Part shown: in pieces, positions 19,518 to 28,100 of the stretch | How the letters are laid out: each line of letters starts with the position of its first letter | Position numbering within the stretch: position 1 is the first letter of the stretch | From: SAR324 cluster bacterium | GTDB taxonomy: Bacteria > SAR324 > XYD2-FULL-50-16 | NCBI GenBank assembly: GCA_028282825.1 | Contig: JANQGZ010000093.1 | Coordinates: 186,612 to 250,611, forward strand | DNA length: 64,000 nt | Reading direction: 5' to 3' | The notes under the pieces: model-generated | Told to the model about the DNA's origin: nothing | What the model saw: the letters and a program-made list of their open reading frames with translations, nothing else | The model's database searches: none | Translations under genes and position numbers: made by a program

Positions 19518-21107
19518 ATGAAAAAAAAGGGTTCGGTAATTTACATTTATGTTGGATTTTTCCTCTCCGCAGTCCTCATCATCCTGATAGGTAATTCATA
19601 CTTCCTCATCGATCGTACCCGTTCCAACCTCATCGAAATCTATTGGAAACAGGGCGAGTTGATAGTCAAATCGATTGCTGTCAGTGCCCAGCAAAGCATT
19701 GCTTCTGTCAAACTTAATAATCATCAGATCAGAAGACATCTCAAAAAGATCGTCGCCAAAGTTGAGGCCTCGGAATCGCTGTCATCCGATCAACCTGACT
19801 TAGCAGAAATTTTGGAAAATGAAGGCTTACATTCGGTCATTGTGAGAGACGAAAATAGCAATATTATTCACAAAGAAATACGCATAGAAACAGAAAAAGA
19901 CAATTCCAAGATCGAGTCCCTGATTTTCGATCGACACAATAGCCAGGGTACCATCGAAGTTTCATTTGCCCCGTCCAAAAAAGTTGCTGTCAAAACACAA
20001 ATTGGATTGCAGATTCTCATTGCATCCCTGGAAAACAGAAATGTAGTGGATTACATCAGTTTTATTAATGATCAGTTTAAAATCGTGGCGGACTCGGATC
20101 CATTGCGTGTTGGTATCACTGAAGAGGAGATTGAGTATCTGGATGTATTGAAATCAGGTGTTTCTTACTTTTTCAGGGATAGTGATGAAGATATCATGAA
20201 GATTATCCATCCCATGAACTTCACCCCTGAAAACAGGGGAATCCTAAAAATTGCCTACCCAATTACCCGAATTGATAAGATTTACGAGAATACATTTAAG
20301 AATGTTGCATTAAACAGCAGTGTGGTAATGGTTATTGCCATTGTCGCAGCAGGAGTAGCTGTAAGATTGAGCCGACGAAATCTAGACAAGATAGAATCCA
20401 TGGAACGGCGGATTCGAGAAAATGAAAAACTTGCCTCTTTGGCCAATCTTACCGCCGGTGTAGCCCATGAAGTGAGAAATCCCCTAAACAGTGTATCCAT
20501 CACTATTCAGCGATTGCAATTGGAGTTTACTCCAAAAGAGAAGGATGACCTTGAGGAATACAATCAGCTGACCGATCTAATGAAAAGGGAAGTTGACCGT
20601 ATCAATTTAATCATCACCGATTTCTTAGACTTCGCCAAACCGTTCAAACCTAAAAAATCTGTGTTCAAAATTGGTGAGTTCATCGAAGAAACCCTTGAAT
20701 TTTCACATGCTGAAGCTTATGAAAAAGGGATCAACCTTGTAACCGAAATATCAAATAAAGAAGCAACTTTTTTGGGTGACAGAGAGAAACTCACACAGGT
20801 GCTAATAAACGTCGTGAGAAACGCTTTGGATGCATCCGGCAAATACGATCCCATAACGATCGAATCACATTTCAACAAAGACAAAAGCAACTGGCTATTA
20901 AATATCAAAGACAATGGAACCGGCATCGATAAGAAAAATCTGAATCACATTTTCGATATCTATTTTACCACTAAAAAGACAGGCACAGGGCTGGGGCTTT
21001 ATATCTGCCGCAAAATCATTCAAGCTCATGAAGGTAACATTGAACTTTTACCAAACGCAGGTAGCGGAATTACCGTCTCTATTTTATTACCAGTGTTGGA
21101 TTTCTAA
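19518..21107 (+). CDS. Sensor histidine kinase (two TM segments, ~230-aa extracytoplasmic domain, HisKA + HATPase_c)
   Basis: H-box AGVAHEVRNPLNS, N-box VVRNALDA, and G-boxes DNGTGI / GTGLGLYICRKI. The TM helices are near aa 10-30 and ~265-290. ATG 19518 is preferred over TTG 19506. Confidence 0.85.
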   Translation: MKKKGSVIYIYVGFFLSAVLIILIGNSYFLIDRTRSNLIEIYWKQGELIVKSIAVSAQQSIASVKLNNHQIRRHLKKIVAKVEASESLSSDQPDLAEILENEGLHSVIVRDENSNIIHKEIRIETEKDNSKIESLIFDRHNSQGTIEVSFAPSKKVAVKTQIGLQILIASLENRNVVDYISFINDQFKIVADSDPLRVGITEEEIEYLDVLKSGVSYFFRDSDEDIMKIIHPMNFTPENRGILKIAYPITRIDKIYENTFKNVALNSSVVMVIAIVAAGVAVRLSRRNLDKIESMERRIRENEKLASLANLTAGVAHEVRNPLNSVSITIQRLQLEFTPKEKDDLEEYNQLTDLMKREVDRINLIITDFLDFAKPFKPKKSVFKIGEFIEETLEFSHAEAYEKGINLVTEISNKEATFLGDREKLTQVLINVVRNALDASGKYDPITIESHFNKDKSNWLLNIKDNGTGIDKKNLNHIFDIYFTTKKTGTGLGLYICRKIIQAHEGNIELLPNAGSGITVSILLPVLDF

Positions 21108-21348
21108 TTGATAAAAACGGGCACAACAAACCAACAGCATTAATAATAAGGTTAGCCCGTTCAAAGAACCTTGTATTAAACACCGACGGTCTGATATTGG
21201 CATTGTATTCACAGACCTAAAAACATGCTACAATGCATGTACTTTGTTCTTTCAGGACAGGCAGCTGTTTACAAAGAGGCTGGTGGCAGGAACCACCCTC
21301 TGTCACATTAACCAAGAAGGTTTAACGACACTATCAAATAACTTCGCT

Positions 21349-22710
21349 ATGAAACCGAAAATTCTGATTGTCGATGATGAGATCTCGACCACTGAAACAC
21401 TTCAAGGATTCTTAAAAAAGAAGGGATTTGACGTAACAGCCGAACATGACCCGGAAACGGCGGTTGAACTAATTCGTGAGAAAGAATACGACCTGATGAT
21501 CGCGGATTACCGCATGCCGAAAATGAATGGCCTGGAACTGATTCAAAAGGTAAGAGAGATCGATCCTGTCGTTGCCATCATTATGATCTCAGCCTACGGC
21601 AAGATAGAAACAGCTGTGCAGATCATGAAATCGGGGGCATCCGATTATCTGACCAAACCTATCGATTTAAAAGAACTTCTATTGTTGATCGACAAATGCA
21701 TCGAAAACAGAAACCTGCTGGTTGAAAACAGGCAATTGAAAGACATTTTGCAGGAACGTTTTCGGTTTGAAAATATCGTTGGAAACAGTAGCGGTTTAAA
21801 CGAAGTAATGAGTATGGTGCAGCGTGTTGCCAGTTCTAACGCCACCGTAATCCTGAGGGGGGAATCAGGAACAGGTAAGGAACTGATTGCCATGGCACTG
21901 CATTTTGCCAGCGAACGAAAGGATAAACCTTTTGTGAAAGTCAGTTGTGCAGCGTTGCCTGAGTCGTTGCTTGAATCGGAACTATTCGGTCATGTAAAAG
22001 GTTCGTTTACCGGCGCTATAACCGATCGTAAAGGAAAATTCGAAGAAGCTGATAGCGGCACTATTTTTCTGGATGAGATCGGAGAAATCAGTCAGACCAC
22101 GCAAACCAAATTGCTACGCGTTCTTCAGGAAAGGGAATTTGAGCGGGTGGGCAGCAACCAGACAATAAAGGTTGATGTGCGGATAATTGCCGCAACCAAC
22201 AAAGACCTGGAAGAAGCTGTTCGCATGAAGGAAATCCGAGATGATTTGTATTATCGCCTCAATGTTGTGCCAATCTTTATTCCGCCTCTCAGAAAACGCC
22301 GGGAAGATATTGTACCCCTGATTGAACATTTCACTAGCAAATTTGCCAAAGAGAACAATCGCAAGATAAAAGGTGTTACCCAGGAGGCTCAAAAAGCCCT
22401 GATTAAATATGATTTTCCGGGGAACATTCGTGAATTGGAAAATATTATTGAAAGAGCTATTGTGTTAGCCAGGGATGAGGTCATTAGCATCAAGGATCTA
22501 CCCATGACGGTCACTTCAGGGCATGAAGGAGAAGAAAAGGATGAAAAACCCTTGCTGGAATTAATGCCTTTGGAAGAAGCCGAAAAGATGCTGATTGAGA
22601 TGGCACTTCAAAAACACAATGGGGTTCAGACCAGGGCAGCAAAAGAGCTGGGAATTAGTGAGAGAGCTTTGAGGTATAAAATTAAAGTGAAGGGGGTGAA
22701 TAACGAGTGA
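21349..22710 (+). CDS. Sigma54-dependent response regulator (NtrC/AtoC/ZraR family)
   Basis: REC domain (KILIVDDE...DYRMPKMNG), AAA+ domain (GESGTGKE, GSFTGA, ESELFGH) and a C-terminal Fis-type HTH (AAKELGISERALRYKIK). The conserved protein begins at MKPKILIVDDE, so ATG 21349 is preferred over the ORF start at 21244. Confidence 0.9.
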   Translation: MKPKILIVDDEISTTETLQGFLKKKGFDVTAEHDPETAVELIREKEYDLMIADYRMPKMNGLELIQKVREIDPVVAIIMISAYGKIETAVQIMKSGASDYLTKPIDLKELLLLIDKCIENRNLLVENRQLKDILQERFRFENIVGNSSGLNEVMSMVQRVASSNATVILRGESGTGKELIAMALHFASERKDKPFVKVSCAALPESLLESELFGHVKGSFTGAITDRKGKFEEADSGTIFLDEIGEISQTTQTKLLRVLQEREFERVGSNQTIKVDVRIIAATNKDLEEAVRMKEIRDDLYYRLNVVPIFIPPLRKRREDIVPLIEHFTSKFAKENNRKIKGVTQEAQKALIKYDFPGNIRELENIIERAIVLARDEVISIKDLPMTVTSGHEGEEKDEKPLLELMPLEEAEKMLIEMALQKHNGVQTRAAKELGISERALRYKIKVKGVNNE

Positions 22711-22728
22711 TGAAAGATATTTTAAAAA

Positions 22729-22760
22729 GGTGGATCCGTTGCGCTTGATCCACCCTACAA
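22729..22760. repeat. REP-like hairpin (GGTGGATC-N10-GATCCACC) followed by CTACAA, in a convergent intergenic gap
   Basis: A perfect 8-bp stem is read directly (22729-22736 / 22747-22754). On the opposite strand it reads TTGTAGGGTGGATC..., a GTAG head plus palindrome. The same layout occurs at 43829-43856, and the 10-mer CGGATCCACC recurs at 40189-40198. Confidence 0.6.
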
Positions 22761-22763
22761 TTT

Positions 22764-23372
22764 TCACACATCTTTGCTTTCTACTATCTCAATGCCAGCT
22801 ACTTTCATGTCATCGATCGCTTTATCACCGTCTCCGTCGCTGATATTCACAGCCCTGGTGGCATCCACGATTACTTTTGTTTTGAATCCCAGTTGATTTG
22901 AGTCCATGGCAGTGAATTTTACACAATAGTCCAATGCCAGGCCTGTCACGTAAACTTCCTCCACACCCTTTTCCTTAAGGAAATCACCAAGTCCTGTCGC
23001 ACTTTTGTGGTCATTGTCAAAAAAACCGCTGTAACTGTCCACTTGCGGGTCCAATCCTTTTTGCACAATCTTCTGTACCCTGTTCATGTTTAAACCAGCA
23101 ATAAACTTGGCTCCAGTGGATTCCTGGACGCAATGGACTGGCCAGAGAATTTGTTCGATCCCATTCAACATGATCATTTCACCGGGGTTTTTTCCATGGT
23201 AAACAGCAAAACTTTGGTGATCCTGGGGATGCCAATCCTGGGTAGCAACAACAAGGTCAAACCTATCCTGAATACCATTAACGACCGGCACTACCTGGTC
23301 TCCCTCCGGCACAGGCAAAGCACCTGTAGGTGCAAAATCGTTCTGAATATCCACTAACAACAATGCTCTCAT
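22764..23372 (-). CDS. pncA: Nicotinamidase/pyrazinamidase
   Basis: 202 aa. MRALLLVDIQNDFAPTGALPVPEGD..., WPVHCVQ and LALDYCVKFTA (catalytic Cys). Confidence 0.9.
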   Translation of the reverse strand: MRALLLVDIQNDFAPTGALPVPEGDQVVPVVNGIQDRFDLVVATQDWHPQDHQSFAVYHGKNPGEMIMLNGIEQILWPVHCVQESTGAKFIAGLNMNRVQKIVQKGLDPQVDSYSGFFDNDHKSATGLGDFLKEKGVEEVYVTGLALDYCVKFTAMDSNQLGFKTKVIVDATRAVNISDGDGDKAIDDMKVAGIEIVESKDV

Positions 23373-24844
23373 TTTTGCTCCTGTTTTTTAAGTCTTGCCT
23401 GCAAGGTTAATTCGTTTTTTAATTCGTTGAGCGACTTTTCGTTTCCCACCGGGTAAGTATGAGGATTAACCAAACGAGTTACCGTTGGGTGAAATGACTT
23501 GATCTCTTCCTGAACCTTCTTTTTTATCTTTTCAAGACCAGGAGATTCGTAAACCAGCTTTCCTTGTTTATAAATGGGCACCAGCAGGTCTTTGTAAGCC
23601 ATATCAGTTTCAATAGTCTTCTGCCGTGTGATATCAAAAGGATCGATCATTGTACAGCCCTGGCTCATATCAGTTTTGATATCATAAATCACATCTCCCC
23701 GATAGAGTCCGTCCCGATGATATCTTCTGACCTGATGGATTCCAGGAGTTGTGACCTTAACAGATTGTTCTGAAATTTTGATTTTATACTCCCAGTCTTT
23801 TTTTGGAGTCCGGATTGCTGACAGTTTATAAACTCCATCCAAAGCGGGTTGATCAAAAGCTGTGATTAGTTTGGTTCCGACACCCCAGGTATCTATTTTA
23901 GCCTGCTGGATTTTTAAACTCTGAATAATCGTTTCATCCAGGTCATTACTTGCCACAATGCGCACATTTTCAAAGCCGCTTTTATCAAGCAATTCGCGAG
24001 CTTTGATACTTAAATATGCCAAGTCTCCAGAATCTAGACGAATTCCTGACAGTTTGTAACCTTTATTTTCCAACTCCTTGCCTACTTCAATGGCTTTTTT
24101 CACTCCATCAATGGTGGAATAAGTATCCACCAGCAAGACACAGTTGTTCGGCATGACGTTGGAATAGGTGCGAAAAGCTTCAGTTTCATCAGCAAAAGCC
24201 ATCACCCAACTATGTGCAATGGTTCCTCGCACCGGAATGCCGTACCGTTTACCTGCCAAAACGTTGGAAGTTGCGTCGCAGCCACCAATATACGCGGAGC
24301 GACTGGCCGTCATAGCACCATCGACACCTTGTGCTCTTCTCAAACCAAATTCCAGCACAGAATCTCCCTGTGCTGCCCGGCAGATTCTGGCGGCTTTTGT
24401 GGCTATTAACGATGGAAAATTCATCAGATTCAGCAAAGGAGTTTCCAACAACTGACACTGTACGATTGGTCCTTGAATGCGGACCACAGGTTCCAACGGA
24501 AAGACAATGGTACCTTCCGGAACTGCGTCAATACTGCAGGTAAATTCAAGTTTACTAAGATAATCCAAAAACTCCTTCTCAAACATGGGGCTGCCATCGT
24601 TTCCTTTTACTGATTCCAAATACTCCAAATCCTCACTATGAAACTGCAAGGTGTTTATGTAACTGATCACATTTTCCAGACCGCACGAAATGGTATAATT
24701 TCCATGAAAAGGAGCTCTGCGGAAAAACAGGTGAAAAACACTTTCCTTTTCTTCCATGCCGGATTTCCAGAATCCATAAGCCATGGTGAGTTGGTAAAAG
24801 TCGGTGAGAAGTGAATTGGAAACGTTGTCTATGGAATCGATCAT
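23369..24844 (-). CDS. pncB: Nicotinate phosphoribosyltransferase
   Basis: 491 aa. LLTDFYQLTMAYGFW, GLRRAQG and GIRLDSGDL motifs. It overlaps pncA by 4 nt. Confidence 0.9.
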   Translation of the reverse strand: MIDSIDNVSNSLLTDFYQLTMAYGFWKSGMEEKESVFHLFFRRAPFHGNYTISCGLENVISYINTLQFHSEDLEYLESVKGNDGSPMFEKEFLDYLSKLEFTCSIDAVPEGTIVFPLEPVVRIQGPIVQCQLLETPLLNLMNFPSLIATKAARICRAAQGDSVLEFGLRRAQGVDGAMTASRSAYIGGCDATSNVLAGKRYGIPVRGTIAHSWVMAFADETEAFRTYSNVMPNNCVLLVDTYSTIDGVKKAIEVGKELENKGYKLSGIRLDSGDLAYLSIKARELLDKSGFENVRIVASNDLDETIIQSLKIQQAKIDTWGVGTKLITAFDQPALDGVYKLSAIRTPKKDWEYKIKISEQSVKVTTPGIHQVRRYHRDGLYRGDVIYDIKTDMSQGCTMIDPFDITRQKTIETDMAYKDLLVPIYKQGKLVYESPGLEKIKKKVQEEIKSFHPTVTRLVNPHTYPVGNEKSLNELKNELTLQARLKKQEQK

Positions 24845-24949
24845 TTTCGTTTATAAAAGGAATTAAATTTAGAGGTTTAAGTATCTCCTGTACGTCTTTA
24901 AACATATCAATCCTTTGATTTGATGGCAATCGAACCAAAGCGATCAAAC

Positions 24950-24983
24950 AAAAAAACCCGTATTACAAATCTTGCAATACGGG
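24950..24983 (-). terminator. Rho-independent terminator after nuoN
   Basis: On the minus strand, CCCGTATTGCAAGATTTGTAATACGGG (8+3 bp stem with one mismatch) is followed by T7. It lies 32 nt downstream of the nuoN stop. Confidence 0.75.
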
Positions 24984-25014
24984 CTTTTGATAATCTATTA
25001 ATTATTGTCTAGTC

Positions 25015-26451
25015 TTACATTAATAACTTTACTTTCTCTACCCAATTCAGCAATGGTTGCCAGTATACGCCGAAGAAAACTAAAGGTATGGCGCATATGG
25101 TGACAAATGCTACAGGAAAGTTTCCAACTTTTTCCGCTGCTGCCGGCTTATCTGCAGATTCTATGATCATCACCTTGATCACACCGACATAGTAATAAAG
25201 AGAGATCACTGAATTGATACCTGCAATTGCAGCCAAAAGATAGAGCTGTTGCTGAATCACTACCTTAAAGAGATAAAACTTGGCAATAAATCCGGCGAAA
25301 GGGGGTATCCCGGCCAAGCTGAACAGGCACACTGTAAATCCTATGACAGCCAGCGGCTTTTGTTTGATCATGCCTGTAAATGAATCAATCTGGTAATCAC
25401 CTTCTCTGCCGTTAAGGTAAATCACGGCCATAAAAGCTCCGAGGTTCATGAGAAGATAAACCGGAATATAAAAGAAGACAGCATCCCGACCAGCCGGATT
25501 CAACACGGCAATTCCCATCAACAGGAATCCTGCGTGTGAGATGGATGAATAGGCCAGCAGTCGTTTGATGTCTGTCTGCTTCAAGGCTGCCAGGTTTCCA
25601 ATAGTCATGGTCGCTATTGAAACAATGGTCAGAATCATAGTGAGATTTTCAGCCTGCAGAGTCACATGATAGGAAAAAAACCTGATCAACAATGCAATAC
25701 CTGCCACTTTAGGTGCTGTTGAAAGAAATGCGGTAACAGGAGTCGGAGCGGCCTGATAGGCATCGGGGCACCAGAAATGGAAAGGTACGGCTGCAATTTT
25801 GAAAATCATTCCCGACAATGTCATCAAAATAGCCAGAAAGTATATCGGGCTGTTGACAATGGAGTATTTACCCAATGCTTCCCAAGTACCTGCAAATGTC
25901 AGCGAACCGGTTAATCCAAAAAGCAGCGACATGCCATAAAGCATAATCCCGGCTGCGAATGATCCGAAAAGTATGTATTTCAATGCTGCTTCCCTGGATA
26001 CAGGAAGTTTGCTGTTCATCGCCACCAGAACATAGGATGGAATGGACACCAGTTCAATGGCCAGTACTGCCATCAAGAGGTTTGAGGATGATGTCATCAA
26101 CATCATTCCCAAACAGATAGTGGAGAGTAAACCAAATACTTCCCACTTGATCTTTTCTTTGATTTCATCGTTGTACAGCATCATAAAAACAGTTGCTGCG
26201 ATCACAATAAAGAAAATCTGGTTATACAACCGGCTAAACGAATCCACCTGAAGAAGATCAAAAAATATTGCTTTTGAGCCACTACCCATCGCTTCCATTA
26301 AGAAGCTGACCACCAGAATTACTAAAAACAATACTGAGGCCGGCAGCTTTTTAACACCCGGCAAAGTTCTACCCAGGTAAAAGAAGAGTATGGCACATCC
26401 CATTAACACATGAGCCGGGATTGAGCTTAAGTAATGTAACGTATTTACCAT
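25015..26451 (-). CDS. nuoN: NADH-quinone oxidoreductase subunit N
   Basis: 478-aa polytopic antiporter-like subunit, in the last position of the nuo operon. Confidence 0.9.
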   Translation of the reverse strand: MVNTLHYLSSIPAHVLMGCAILFFYLGRTLPGVKKLPASVLFLVILVVSFLMEAMGSGSKAIFFDLLQVDSFSRLYNQIFFIVIAATVFMMLYNDEIKEKIKWEVFGLLSTICLGMMLMTSSSNLLMAVLAIELVSIPSYVLVAMNSKLPVSREAALKYILFGSFAAGIMLYGMSLLFGLTGSLTFAGTWEALGKYSIVNSPIYFLAILMTLSGMIFKIAAVPFHFWCPDAYQAAPTPVTAFLSTAPKVAGIALLIRFFSYHVTLQAENLTMILTIVSIATMTIGNLAALKQTDIKRLLAYSSISHAGFLLMGIAVLNPAGRDAVFFYIPVYLLMNLGAFMAVIYLNGREGDYQIDSFTGMIKQKPLAVIGFTVCLFSLAGIPPFAGFIAKFYLFKVVIQQQLYLLAAIAGINSVISLYYYVGVIKVMIIESADKPAAAEKVGNFPVAFVTICAIPLVFFGVYWQPLLNWVEKVKLLM

Positions 26452-26530
26452 TTTAGTACGTTCGCAATAGTTAAATTATCTAAATCAAGCCGGACATCAT
26501 ATCAGCTACCCGGCTTGAAAAAGTGGATTA

Positions 26531-28039
26531 TTAACCGATCAATACAGCACTGAGATAGTTCAGTGATGTTTCAAAGTAACTAATAATGTAGCTAGGGAAA
26601 ATTCCCAGGAAGATCACAATAACGATCAATGGAACCACGGATGCCAGTTCAACAGCATTCATATCCGGCAATTCCTTGTATTTTTCGTTCAGCTTGCCGA
26701 AGAAAACTCTCTGGTATGCCCACAGCATATAGCCTGCACCAAAAATAATCCCAAGACCGGAAACTATGGTGGCTGTTTGATAAACTTTGAAAGCCCCTGC
26801 AAGGATCAAAAATTCTGAGATAAATCCACTCAATCCAGGCAAACCAATTGCTGCCATAAAAGCCAGACTGGTTATAGATGCATAAACGGGAGTTACTGAA
26901 GCGAGACCTCCAAATCCTGCGATCTGCCTGTGATGGGCCCTGTCATAAACAACACCAACCAGAAGGAAGAGCATGGCTGTGATGGTTCCATGGTTGAACA
27001 TCTGCAAAACGGCACCGTTGATTCCCTGGGTTGTTGCCGCTCCAATTCCCAGGATGACGAATCCCATGTGACTGACCGATGAGTAAGCAATCATCTTTTT
27101 GAAGTCTGATTGAGCCAGGGCACACAGGGCTCCATACACGATGTTGACAACAGCCAGGAAAATCAGGAAGTCCCTGAACCATTCAAATACTTCAGGAAAC
27201 AGTGGGAAATTGATTCTTAAAAAACCGTAGGTTCCCATTTTCAAAAGTACACCGGCCAGGATAACTGAAATCGCTGTTGGTGCTTCCACATGAGCGTCCG
27301 GAAGCCAGGTATGGAATGGAAAAATCGGAACTTTGATAGCAAACCCAATAAAAAGGGCAACAAAAACAACCTTAACAAAAGGTAATCCGAAAATCGCCGG
27401 TCCGGTGAATTCACCACCTGCCTGAACTCTTTCCAGAAGCTCAATAATGTTGAAGGTATGTCCGCCTGGAGCAAAGTACCAGATGGCGATGATCGCCAGT
27501 AACATTCCGATACTTCCCAGCAAGGTATAAAGAAAGAATTTAATTGCGGCATAGATTCTTCTTGGTCCACCCCAGATTCCAATCAGGAAATACATCGGGA
27601 AGAGCATCACTTCCCAGAAGAGATAGAAGAGAATCAAATCCAAAGCTACAAACACACCTATCATGGCTGTTTCCAGCAGCAGGAACATGGCAAAATAGCC
27701 TCTTTGATGTACCTTGATATTCCAGGAAGCCAAGGTTGCCATTACACCAATGATCAGAGTTAAAAGGATCATTGTGATAGAAATCCCATCCACTCCAATA
27801 AAATACTCAATTCCCAGGCTTGGAATCCAATCAACTTTTTCAACAAACTGCATTTCACCAACGCTGGTCACTCCTTTGACTGCTTTATCAAAGCCGGTGA
27901 AAATAGGAATGGCAACAATAAAATCCACTATCACAGCAATCAAGGCAACCCATTTTGCCTTCTCTTTCGGTAACAACCATAAAAAAGGGACTCCGAGCAG
28001 TGGGATAAAGACTACCCATGTCAAAATATGACTCATCAC
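26531..28039 (-). CDS. nuoM: NADH-quinone oxidoreductase subunit M
   Basis: 502-aa antiporter-like subunit (HTWLPDAHVEAPT motif), placed between nuoL and nuoN. Confidence 0.9.
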   Translation of the reverse strand: MMSHILTWVVFIPLLGVPFLWLLPKEKAKWVALIAVIVDFIVAIPIFTGFDKAVKGVTSVGEMQFVEKVDWIPSLGIEYFIGVDGISITMILLTLIIGVMATLASWNIKVHQRGYFAMFLLLETAMIGVFVALDLILFYLFWEVMLFPMYFLIGIWGGPRRIYAAIKFFLYTLLGSIGMLLAIIAIWYFAPGGHTFNIIELLERVQAGGEFTGPAIFGLPFVKVVFVALFIGFAIKVPIFPFHTWLPDAHVEAPTAISVILAGVLLKMGTYGFLRINFPLFPEVFEWFRDFLIFLAVVNIVYGALCALAQSDFKKMIAYSSVSHMGFVILGIGAATTQGINGAVLQMFNHGTITAMLFLLVGVVYDRAHHRQIAGFGGLASVTPVYASITSLAFMAAIGLPGLSGFISEFLILAGAFKVYQTATIVSGLGIIFGAGYMLWAYQRVFFGKLNEKYKELPDMNAVELASVVPLIVIVIFLGIFPSYIISYFETSLNYLSAVLIG

Positions 28040-28100
28040 AACCTCAATTATTTAACGTAAACCAAACTAAATTAATAGATTATTAAACCGAATCAGTCGG

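Noticed and set aside
21244-21348. 35-codon N-terminal extension of the response regulator in the ORF track
   Set aside because: The extension starts at a TTG and has no similarity to receiver domains. The conserved REC domain starts exactly at the ATG at 21349.
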